DNA of 64,000 nt, from positions 3,646,425 to 3,710,424 of the forward strand of contig NC_068987.1 in assembly GCF_001194135.2 (NCBI RefSeq). The letters are read 5' to 3'. Position numbers and translations under genes: made by a program. This DNA is from Octopus bimaculoides (lineage: Eukaryota). A model generated the notes under the pieces. The model worked only from the letters and a program-made list of their open reading frames with translations, ran no database searches and was not told where the DNA came from. Shown piece after piece: positions 47,841 through 59,253 of the stretch (position 1 is the first letter of the stretch; every line of letters begins with the position of its first letter).

Positions 47841-48202
47841 TCCTGTGCGTCTTTGTTCTGACATATATACACGACAGGCTTCTTTTCAGTTTCCGTCTAC
47901 CAAATTCACTCACAAGGTATTGGCTGGCCCAGGGCTGTTGTAGAAAATATTTGCCCAAGGAGCTGCACCGTGAGATTGAACCCTGAAACCTTGCAGTTGC
48001 AAAGCAAGCTTCATAACCTCACAGCCATTCTTGCACTGAATGTTTATTTCATTTTTGAGTTTTCATTCTTTCTTTTTTGTTATTGTTTCTTCTTTAAACC
48101 CTTAGCATTTAAACTGGCCTCATCTGGCCCCTATTATCCTTGCTGCTTTACATTCAAATAGGCAAGATCCAGCCTTTCATGCCTGCCCTACAACATCATT
48201 CA

Positions 48203-48361
48203 GGAGTGGCTGTGTGGTAAGTGGCTTGCCTACCAACCACATAGTTCCAGGTTCAGTCCCACTGTGTGGCACTTTGGGCAAGTGTCTTTTACTATAGCCT
48301 CGGACCATCCATAGCCTTATGAGTGGATTTGGTAGACAGAAACTGAAAAGAAGCCTGTCGT

Positions 48362-48402
<41 letters not shown>

Positions 48403-48620
48403 ATATATTGTGTGTGTGTGTATGTCTGTGTTTGTCCCCACAACATCACTTGACAACTGATGCTGGTGTGTTTACATCTCCGTAACTTAGCAGTTCGGCA
48501 AAAAAGACCGATAGAATAAGCACTAGGCTTACAAAGAATAAGTCTTGGGGTCGATTTGCTCGACTAAAGGCGGTGCTCCAGCATGGCCGCAGTCAAATGA
48601 CTGAAACAAGTAAAAGAATA
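48203..48620 (+). mobile_element. tRNA-derived SINE family A, full-length representative (others at about 1678-1815, 13277-13600, 19035-19165, 20688-20845, 25120-25430, 27115-27610, 37466-37770, 47860-48030, 49030-49350, 52115-52460, 59290-59692, 60000-60370)
   Basis: GTGGCTGTGTGGTAAG head, GGTTCAGTCCC B-box, central (TA/TG)n, 3' end CCAGCATGGCCGCAGTCAAATGACTGAAACAAGTAAAAGA shared by many copies. Confidence 0.85.
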
Positions 48621-51083
48621 ATAACAGCATCAAAATCTCAAAGCTTCTGAGATAATGTATGATTAATTCCAGAGCAGCCTAAAGAAATAAGCATTACATT
48701 TCAGAGAGTAATCTGAAGGCTAAATGGTTAAAATATTTTCTTGGCCAAAGCTCTGCAGCATAATTAAGCCAAGGACAAATTTTTAGCTATGTCTGCATCT
48801 TAAAGTTGTAACTGGATCCAAGATCTGTTCTCCACAAATTATTCTTTCGGTAACTGTTTCTTGTCAGTTGTTCCATTGATTTTTGCCAGGTGTTAATGGT
48901 TCTTTTTTTTTTTTCTTTTATATTCTACATACAAAGAGGAACTGCTATTTAAATAAAGCTTTGTGGTTATTTGGTTTGCAGTAAACAGATGCCTGGACAA
49001 CTATTTCTCTTCATTGCATCAGTGTAGCTTTTGTATTTTATACTTGTTTCAGTCATCAGACTCCGGTCATGCTGGTGCTCTGCCTTGAAGAATTCTAGTC
49101 AAACAAATTGACCCCCTGTACCTATCTTTTTAAGCCCAATACTTGAGAGTGGATTTGGTGGATGGAAACTGAAAGAATCTCCTCGTGTGTGTATTTACAT
49201 CCCCATCACTTAGCAGTTCACCAAAAGAAACCAATAGAATAGATACCAGGCTTTAAAAAAATAAGTATTGGGGTTAATTCATTCAAGTAAAAAAAACTTT
49301 TGCAATGTGGTGCCCCAGCATGGCCGCAGTCTAATAACTGAAACAAGCTAATGGTAAAAGGTACACACACACACACACACACAAAAATGGTACTGTATAA
49401 AAAGCGCTAGTGCTGGTGCCACATAAAAAGCAACCAGTACACTCTGTAAAGTGGTTGGTTCTAGGAAAGATGTCCAGCTGTCAAACTGTCCAACCCATGC
49501 CAGCATGGAAAACAGATGTTAAATGTTGATGATGATGAGGGCATCTATATATATCGGTCGATAACTGATGAAGAATTAGGGTTCTGGTGTCTGTCCTACG
49601 TGTATGTTTTGTAGTATTTAATGCCAGAACCGCCTGACTGGCCCTCGTGCCGGTGGTACCTAAAAAGCACCCACTACACTTCTCAGAGTGGTTGGCATTA
49701 GGAAGGGCATCCAGTTGTCGAAACTTTACCAGATCAGATTGAGCCTAGTGCAACCTTCTGGCTCACCAGTCCTAAGTCAAACTGTCCAACCCTGTTAAAC
49801 GATGATGATATATATTTATAAAGGGAGTTTTAATGAGTTTTATAAAGTGCTATGGTAATTTAAAAGTGATAATCAGATATCTGAAAACTTATCTGCCAAT
49901 CCTCGGCTCTCAAGTGGTGCCGGGTCAGAGGAAGTCTACTGTTGAGTGTTTTTATTGTGAATGACTCGGACAGTTGCAGTGCACTCACTTCTCTTCTCAC
50001 ATTCAACTTCTCTTTTGAGTCTATACCACCACATTGTTAAATCTTGTTAGACTGTAACAGGTTTCTCTTATACAAGGACTACTATAGGCTTCTGTTCTGC
50101 ACCCATTATTATGGGTGAAGAATAATTGATGCGGAGCAGATGGTTGGTTAAATAAATATATCCCAGAGTGTCATTAAATAATGATGGAATAAACATCCTT
50201 TCTAGATTGACAAGAGGATGTTACTTTGTTTTAATAGTCATGTTTTCTAATTTCTTTTCTTTTTTTTTTTATGTAATTGTTGTCTTAGCCTCTCTCTCTT
50301 TGTGTTGGGTTCAACTTATTATGGTTGTTGTTTCAGTTACAAGGCAATCTTAATTAAGGAGTTTCTAGATCAAAGACATTCCAGTTGTGACTGACCTATC
50401 TTTATCATGGCTAATGTGTTCTTTATTTATTTAAGATGGTAGGATGTAATTGATGAGAGGTTTAGTTAGTATTTCTAGCAGGTTGAGGAACCACGTGCAG
50501 CTTCCTTTGCTGGCTTGTGACCATTTCATGGGATTAGGACCATACTTATTCATTTGCCATAATTTATCTGCTGTTAGAAGTTCACTGGAAATGGGGTCAA
50601 CTTTTTTCAGAAAGAAACGGTAATCAAACAGAAAATTCAGTAAGACTTACTAATGGTTGGCCCTTTCCTTCATTGGTTGAGAATAGAAACAATTACTTAA
50701 TCACCCCTGCTGGGTCTGGGCTGTTTTACAGAAGCAAATGCCTAGTCCCAAGTATGCTTACCATTCCTTTACATTTAACCTGGTCACTGCAGAGAACTGG
50801 ACATTTGTTCTTTTTACAAAGGCCATCCATATTGAACCAGATCTACTGCAGATCCAGCTTCTGTTTTCTATGGATTGGAAGATAAAGCTTTGCTTTTGGC
50901 CTTTTGTAATTATTTGTGGTTGATGAGGTTGAATCGATGGGATTGGTTTTCTTGAATTTCTGGTCAACTTCTACAAAAGCATTGGGAGGAAGAGAATTCC
51001 TGAGAACCGACTGGCTAGCATGGAACTCTTGACAAACAAGCATTGTACACTTCACTCACAATTTTTTTTACTTTCTTCCTCAG

Positions 51084-51132
51084 AAACTTTGATTCTCTTT
51101 GCAAAGAAAATGTCTATTACAACAACAATCTG
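51084..51132 (+). CDS. MICALL2: MICAL-like coding exon 2: NFDSLCKENVYYNNNL
   Basis: Acceptor tttcttcctcag, donor CTG|GTAAGT; 49 nt, phase 2/0; continues the CH domain. Confidence 0.92.
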
Positions 51133-52722
51133 GTAAGTTTATTCATTTAATAATGTAAATTGGTTTCTAATGTTATCCTATTGTCTCCCTCTATCACACA
51201 TCACCTACATGTTGGTTTTTGTATTTTAATATATGCTTTTGTGTCAGATCTCAAAATAACTTGTGACTTCATTTATTTGTGGAATCACACCCACTTTATA
51301 AAGTGCAGCTCTAATTGCAGTCAATGAAACCCTCAGAAAAAATGTCTTTTGTATAAGACCCACTGACTTTCCTTTTGTGTTATGTTGTATAGAAAAAGTA
51401 TGTTTAGTAAAATCTACTATGATAATTGTCTAAAATACATTGGAAAGGTTTCAGTATCCTAAGCAAAAGAAAGGACAAGTTTAAAATTGACCTTTGAACT
51501 TTATTGTATAAAAGTACGCTTACTCCATTGGGGAATGTCATGTGATCATTTTTTTTTTTTTTTTTTTCCTGGAAAATCAATTTTATTTTGATAATAATGG
51601 TAGACTTCAATATATTTTTACTGAATTTTACATTCCAGTTTGTATTGTAATGCAAACACAAATTCATTTTTCCCCAAGAGAACAAAATATTTTTTTGCTT
51701 AAGTGTGAATTCTTTTGAAACTTATATTTTGTTATAGATTTTCTTTGTTTTTAAATGGTTTTTATATTTTTATGGATTTTTCTGGTTTGAATATCAGGCA
51801 TTCAAGATATGGCAAAAAAAGATTTAAAACATTGATGCATGGAATGCATATTTTAGCCATTGAAATAACTCTGAAAAACTGTTAACTTCACTTCAGCATT
51901 TTGTGGCTTGATGTCAAGATTTTCATTGTGCCAAGTGAAGTTGATAGATTTTATGTTGTTGAATTGAATGCCTGATATAAGTGTCTTTGACGCTGCCGTT
52001 GTTTTAGTCTCAACAAACCATCTTGGACCGAATCACTTGCTTGGCAAGTACACAAGTCTGAAAAATATAAAAATATATAAAGCAAAATAGCAACAAAATA
52101 AAATATAAAAATCTTGTGGCTGTGTGGCAAGAACTGGATGGTTCTGGATTCTGTCCTAGTGTGGCACCTTGGGCAAGTGTCTTCTTCTATAGGCTTGGGG
52201 TTGACCAAAGCCTTGCGAGTGGATTTGGTAGACAGAAACTGAAAGAAGCCTGTCTGTCCCCCACCACCACTACTTGACAACTTGTGTTGCTATGTTTAGC
52301 AGTTCAACAAAAGAGATTGACGAAATAAGTACCAGGTTTAAAAACAAGGAAAAGAAAATAAACAAGTCCTAGAGTTGATTCATTCAACAACAAATTCTTC
52401 ATTGTGGTGCCCCAGCATGGCCACAGTTTAATGATTGAAATAAGTAAAAGATAGAAGATATCAGGTCGATGCTAAAGGGACTCCTGAATCACTGTGTGTT
52501 TAGAATGAGAGAGAGAAGATTTGATATGAAACCAAAATGATTGGTTTTATGTTTTACAACAGAACTTGCTGATCCTTGTCAAAAACAAGCATCAGAATGT
52601 TGCTAAAAACCCCAAATAGTCCTATACCGGTGTTTAAAAAATTTTTTTTTCATTAAATCCAAATTCCAACTTGTTTTGTGCATCAAATGATGCATTTAAT
52701 ATTGTTAACTTTATTCCTAAAG

Positions 52723-52861
52723 GCTTTCACTGTTGCTGAACAACTTGGAGTCACTGCTCTCTTGGAGGCTAAAGATATGGAAGAACTCAAAGTCCCAGAC
52801 AAACTTAGTATTATCACCTATGTTGCAAGTTTGTACAATTACTTCAAGGACAAAGAAAAAT
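52723..52861 (+). CDS. MICALL2: MICAL-like coding exon 3: [46 protein letters not shown]
   Basis: Acceptor ttattcctaaag, donor T|GTGAGT; 139 nt, phase 0/1; CH C-terminal motif [11 protein letters not shown]. Confidence 0.95.
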
Positions 52862-55039
52862 GTGAGTTTTCAGTAATCAACATCTTCTGTTTATTATAAA
52901 TAAAATGTTTATAGATTACATCATAAGAATTGTAGAACAGTTACCATTGCTTGGGTTTCGTATTCAACTAACGACTCAGAAACTGGGATGTATCTTGTTA
53001 CTTGTTTGATTTGGCAGATGGGACTTGTGCCTGATGGTGTACTTTTGATGGAACTCAGCTTGTGATCTTACTAAAAGGTTCAGCACTCAAGAACCTCATC
53101 CAAATGCAAATTCATGGGAAATTAGGCACAAACAATGATGTAATTTGTCTATAGAAATTTAAAGATTTTTACTGGTTTTTCAGAATTTTAAGAAAACGTT
53201 CTGTTTTTGAAGATAAACTAATTTCTATGTATGTATGTTTGTATGTTATACCTTGTTCCTCATAAGCTATTTTTATTGAAAAGAAAAAAACAATAGAATT
53301 CTATGGATCCAATATCTTAAAATCTTGACATAATGGTAATAAATGGTGGTCATTTTCGCATTTTTTGTATCAAAACAATTTGTTCAGGCCTAGATTTTTT
53401 GATAACAGGGAGACTTTTTTTTTTTTTTCGGTTGGCCTATGTTATTGAGTATAACAGGCTAAAGTGGTGTGCTGTTAGCACATTGAGCACAATGTTTAGC
53501 AGCATTTTTTCCAGTCAACTTTGTTTTCCATCTCTTGATTGTTGATAAAATAAAATGCCACTCAAGTAAGTACGGGGGTCGAAGTAATCAACTTTTCATA
53601 ATTGCTGGCTTTGGACCCTGCATTCGGAATACTGTGACCTTAGTCACTTATACACCATGGAAACTGTATAACTGGCCCCTTTTGGGTCCTAGCGCTCAGG
53701 AAAAAAAAATGTACAGATTGGGCCTCATAGAGGCAAAGTGGTTGAGTTCTTTTTGAGTGTTGGGCCTCACACAGGCAATGACCGAGACCTTTGAGCATTA
53801 TGTCATGCTTGAGAAGACCCATTGAACTGAGAAAAATAAGCCTTCCAGCTTACCAGCCCTGGTCAAACCGTTCAACCCATGCCAGCGTGGACAACAGATG
53901 TCAAATGATGAATGGATTATAATGACTCAAGCTCTTTCTTTCCTTTTAATTTGCATATTTTCAAGTTTATATATATTCTATTTTCATTTCTTTTTGAAAG
54001 ATTGGTATATCCGTATAGTCTCTCATATTAATTATCATGTTTATGCTTGAGTAATCAGAAAGATATATGTATATGTTTATTTTACATGTGTACCATTTAA
54101 AAAAAAAAACAATTATTTCATCTCATGAAGACCAGGAACTACTGTTAGCCTTTCTTTGTTCTGCAAAAGTGACTGAAATGGTTAATTAGATGAGGTGGCA
54201 TAATTAGTGTTTGGGTTGACGGTTTGTAGGAAAGTAGTTCCAGAGGGAGACATTTTTAGTGGTGATCGTTGACTGGAAGATAAGGGATAAAGTAGTTAGG
54301 ACAGAGCGAGAGTGACAGAAAGAGAAAATCTGGGTGAAATGAATAGATTTAGGTGAAAAATTGTTTATTGTCAGCAAATTTAGAGATTAAAAATGATTGT
54401 AGTAGCAGTGGAAGATCCAGCTTTGTGATGGGGAGGTGGTTCAACAGTGTTGAAGATTTATCTCTAGTGGATGTATAATAGTAGAGAGAGAGAGTGTGTG
54501 TGGCTGTATTCCTAATTAGGGCAAACTTATCCCTCATATGGGACCAACTATTGTTCAGGTCTGAAGTGTTTTCTAGTTCTGAAAAAGAAATGTGAACTTA
54601 GAAATGTAACTCTGACCTTGTAGTTTCTATATAGTTGTCATAACAATAACAGCTAACATTGTTTTGTTTTTTTATTATTATTATTATTATTGTTACTAAT
54701 GAGCTTGCCATACTGACATCTGTGAGAACTCTGACAATGGTTCATTCATCAATTCCAGCCGTGCAGCTTCACAACTATGTTAGTCTCTACTTCTGAGTCA
54801 TTAGTTGTAAAGGACCTGGTTTTAAATCTGGGTGGCTCNNNNNNNNNNNNNNNNNNNNNNNNNNNNNNNNNNNNNNNNNNNNNNNNNNNNNNNNNNNNNN
54901 NGTTCAGATTTGCAGTTTTAAATGTTATAAACCATCAACCTTAATGTTGGCGCTTTAATCATAAATTTATGAAATAATTTATATGATTTTATTGTTTTTG
55001 TGAATTGTTTGTAAATAAACTTGCTTTATTTTTTCCCAG

Positions 55040-55170
55040 TGGGTGGCCCAGACGTACAAAAATGTAAATCTCATATATCGATTGGAATGAAGCGACACCC
55101 GGACAGTGACCCTTATGACAAGTTTGAACCGAAGAGATTAACACCAAGTAAAGAAGATAACACGAAAAAG
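55040..55170 (+). CDS. MICALL2: MICAL-like coding exon 4: (L)GGPDVQKCKSHISIGMKRHPDSDPYDKFEPKRLTPSKEDNTKK
   Basis: Acceptor ttttttcccag, donor AAG|GTATGA; 131 nt, phase 1/0; open in the required frame and resembles the post-CH GG...G(V/M)KR linker of MICAL-like proteins. Confidence 0.82.
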
Positions 55171-55455
55171 GTATGAAATCAGTTTTAATCACTCTCCAGT
55201 TCCTAGTGGCCTAGTGGTTAGGGTGTTGCACTCACGGTTGCCAGTTTGTGGGTTCAATTCTGGGACCAAGCTGCATATTGTGTTTCTTGAGCAAAACACT
55301 TCATTTCACATTGCTCCTGTATTTCAAAGAATAGACCCCGGCATTTCTTCTGTGTTGTAAATGGTGACTGAAAGGGGTTAAGGTGGAATTTGCCCTCCGA
55401 TGTCATCAAAAACCCTCACCAGCAATGACTGCCCAAACAGACCGATGGGTTAGAC

Positions 55456-55815
55456 TAGTGGTTCCCAACTCTTTTATTTAAATGAGTTTTCCACAGACCC
55501 TTTTTAATATGCTTATTTTTATGTGTGTGTGCGTTGGCTCCTGTGCTGGTGGCATGTAAAAAGCACCCACTACACTCTCAGAGTGGTTGGCGTTAGGAAG
55601 GGCATCCAGCTGTAGAAACTCTGCCAAATAAGATTGGAGCCTGGTGCAGCCACTGGTTCTCCAGACCTCATTGAAACCATCCAACCCATGCCAGCATGGA
55701 AAACGGACATTAAACGATGATGATATATATGAAATTTTGATTTTTAGTCATGGACCCCCAGTACTACCTTTGCAGACTACCAGGGACTCTGCGAACCCCA
55801 GGCTGGGAACCACTA
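55456..55815. mobile_element. hAT-type MITE with a nested SINE
   Basis: TIR TAGTGGTTCCCAAC / GCTGGGAACCACTA; 8-bp TSD GGTTAGAC/GGTTAGAG; SINE at about 55530-55725 inside. Confidence 0.75.
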
Positions 55816-56331
55816 GGTTAGAGGGTTGTCACCTGAGTAGTGCAGAGGCACCATCTGCCTAGTGTAGGGAATCACCAACACCTGGTGGATGTAGTAACAT
55901 GCTGTTACAGCACATGCCTTCATACTGCTACTATTTCTACTACCACCACTACTACTACTACTACTACTACTCCAGTCTCCACTCAATCTCTCCCACCTTC
56001 TCTCTTCTAAAATGTAAGATGTCATGTAGCTCCATTACAGCAAGAAACCTGCTCTGCTCTGGTCCTTTTTCCGCTCTGGCCCTTATCTCTCATACTTTGC
56101 CCATTGTGTGTGTGTGTGTCTGTCTGTCTGTGTTTACGTCCCCGTAACTTAGCAGTTTGGCAAAAGATACCGATCTTACAAGGAATAAGTCCTGGGATCG
56201 ATTTGCTTGACTAAAGGCAGTGCTCCAGCATGGCTGCAGTCACATGACTGAAACAAATAAAAGAATAAAAAAAAATGTAGTTATTTAATTCTTTTTGCTA
56301 CAAAACTTTCACTGGATAAATTTGTAGAAAT

Positions 56332-56454
56332 CAGTTGTTTTTGTAGTAAAGATTGTTTGCCAACATAACATGGCAGTCCTGGTTTAGGACTAATGTTGCT
56401 GCAAACCAGGACTGCCATGTTATGTTGGCAAACAAACTTTACTCCAAAATACTG
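56332..56454. repeat. Inverted repeat/hairpin with a perfect 33-bp stem and 17-nt loop
   Basis: 56353-56385 is the exact reverse complement of 56403-56435; imperfect pairing extends outward. Confidence 0.95.
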
Positions 56455-56554
56455 TTGCTGAATATCTCTCGTTGTGAGATTTAAAAATAGTAATTTTCAG
56501 TTGTTTTTGTCTTTCATATTCAAATCTTTCTTTTGTTTTGTTTTCTTTCTTCAG

Positions 56555-58642
56555 GGTAGTTCCACTCCAACCAAGCAGCCTTCGGGTGGCGATTATTGTG
56601 TACTGTGCAAGGACAAAGTGTATCTTATTGAAAAACATATTGAAGACGGTAACTTGTATCACAGATCCTGCTTTAGAAAAAGTTATATGTCACCTACAAG
56701 TAAAATTTTAACTGACTATTCCACACAAAAACAAACCACCACACCATCACCCATCACAATAAACTCCATTGATAAAACCACTTCAAATAATATGGATTCG
56801 AGTAAAAATGATCCTTCTGCAAATGCGAAGTCACTAAGATTAAAGGGTAAACTCTTTGACAAAAAGAAAGATCAAGTTCAGAAAGCAGAAGAACGCCTCA
56901 GATCAGATAAACAGTACAAGAAAGAAATGGAAGAAGAACAGATGATTAACAATGGAAGAAAAAATTCTTCTTCAGCATTAAAGGCTCATTTAAAGGGAAT
57001 TGATTCCAGCACAAAAAAATCTTCAACAAATTTACCTGAAAATTCTTTTCCTCAGCATGAAAACCGTTCTAGTTATAATTCTGAGAAAACTTTTCAGACT
57101 TCACCTTATAGAGACTCTAATCTCCATGAGAGATCTGATAGTCAAAAACGAGAGACAAATGACTTGACTTTCTCTACTGTATCAGTAAAATCTGCTGCAA
57201 AACCAGAATCAGATCCTTCATTAGATACGCCAATGCTCATGAAAGAAGTCTCTAGTCGGACAATGGGGGATAAAAAAATGCAAGCAACTATGCATCACAA
57301 ATCTGTTTCAAATTTAAAAGACAACAGTGAACAATACGTAGTCTCAGGCTTGCTGAAAAGCTTGGCTGGTATTCGACAACGCCAGAGCACCAGTTCTTCA
57401 CCTACTAATAGTGATCCCCCATCACCACTGCCAACAGAGCCAGCTGTGCCGAATATTAAACTGTCACAAACCTCAACTTCCACAGTTACCAATTCTTCAA
57501 CCATCAAATCCTTATCGGGAGATAACTCACAGAATTTCAAGAATCCTCATTTACACCTTAATAAAAGTAAGACATCTTTGATCAATTCAACTGAAAAAGA
57601 ATCTGATGTGATAACTGCTCATACAAATCATCAAAACAAGCCACAGGCTGCCTTAAATTCTTCATCAAAGTCAGAACAAGAAAGTACCAATTCAACGTCT
57701 ACAGCCTCAAGTTCATTCACCCCTAGAAAGCAAACCAGAGCATCTCTTAGAGTACAGCTTCCAAGTATTCAGCAAAGAATTAAAGATTATTCTAAAGTTG
57801 CCCCAGGCATTGGTGATCAACCAACAGATTCCAAGAAACCAGATGATGTTGCAAAATCTGATAAAAACAACGTACCTCCACCGTCTTTTCCTTTAAGTAC
57901 CATAATGAAAAATGAGCAAAATTTGAAACCACATCAAGAGATTAATAGAGGACACGTGGCTATGGACATACCTTCTTCTGGTGGAATTACTGCTGCCAGC
58001 TCTAAAAATAATTTTGAAATTTCTAAGACTGTGAAACCTAATGCTTTGTCAGAATCTGCAGCAGACATACATTCAACTCATTCTGCAGGAAAATCCCTGG
58101 TAAAACCCAGAGGAAAACATTTAGGAAACGATGATGCAAACAGCCCAGCTTCAGGTGTTATTACAACTAAATTGCACCCTGGGCATATGTCTCCTGCTAA
58201 CAAAGGCTCTCTTACTATTATTGATGATCGAGTTAATCCTATACCAAAGCCTCGGCGTGAGAAAATAGGTTTAAGAACTGAGACAGCCAAAGAAAACAAA
58301 GAAAATCCGTCTGCACTTAAAACGATTCCAGAGGCATTTGAAAGAATTGAGACACCTCATTCTGAACAAAACACTAAAACGGAAGTCAAAACAGAATGGC
58401 AACTCGAGGCTGAGCGGCGAATTGCAACGAGAAAGGTGGAAGGCTATGTTGATCCAGAAGTTAAACATTTGAATGTGAATAACAATAGAATCTCCCAAAA
58501 TAGTCAAAGCAATGGAGATGTCAATGAAAGTGTCAGTACTGGACAGAGGAGAAGAATTCCAGTCACACGGACTTTTACATTTACTATCAACGATACTTTA
58601 CCAAACCAACCAGAAACTTCTCTTAAAAGTGATACGAAGAAG
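56555..58642 (+). CDS. MICALL2: MICAL-like coding exon 5 (2088 nt): first LIM zinc finger followed by a long S/T/K/N-rich disordered region; gene continues (C-terminal coiled-coil/bMERB region not seen)
   Basis: Lies within the 749-aa ORF 56474-58723; acceptor ttttctttcttcag at 56554, donor AAG|GTATAT at 58643; phase 0/0; CVLCKDKVYLIEKHIEDGNLYHRSC. Confidence 0.88.
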
Positions 58643-59051
58643 GTATATACATTGTTTTTATTGATGATTTTATTGATGTTGTGTGTGTATTTCTTTTCAA
58701 GTTTAATGTCAATGCATGAATGATGATGCAACAGTGGAAAAGTTAAGGTCATGGATTAACAGCATGAGGCCATCTCACTGCTGTTTTATAATAATACTTA
58801 CCAAACTGTTTTTGCTTCCAGCAAGAGCCCGTTCTCCTTCCATTGCAGCGTTTGTGGTGGAAGGAAAGCCAGCTCTGCATTTTGCTGCTTCAATGTCTCA
58901 TCTGTAAAAACCCAAATTTCCAGAGAACTGACCTGCTTTCATTAGCCTGATAACATTTTTTCAAAAGACTCCATTCTGAGTATTAAAGTTTTAAAACTTC
59001 TGAATTTGCTTTTAATATAAAGGTTTGAAGTAGGGAATTAATTCTATTCAA

Positions 59052-59253
59052 CCCATTAAGTCCCAGAGTTCTTAAATTTTCACAGATGATTGAAAATGGG
59101 TTAAAATGATAAAAATAATTATTAAAACTCCTTTACTTCAAGTAGAAATGGAAATACTCGGTGTCCTATAAATAGGTCACTGAGATAATGTGATATAGCT
59201 TATTTAAAGTTTTCATTTAGTATCTTATTTATAGGACAGTGGGACTTAATGGG
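59052..59253. mobile_element. piggyBac-type MITE with an internal inverted repeat
   Basis: Perfect 14-bp TIR CCCATTAAGTCCCA/TGGGACTTAATGGG; flanks TCAA/TTAA. Confidence 0.7.

Noticed and set aside
49044-49062. CTGATGA...GAAAC hammerhead-like string on the minus strand
   Set aside because: Only 2 nt separate the boxes and there is no stem II; it is a mutated SINE 3' end.
56474-56554. Hydrophobic N-terminus of the 749-aa ORF (signal peptide-like)
   Set aside because: It starts at GTG and is the polypyrimidine tract of the intron; the true exon begins at 56555.
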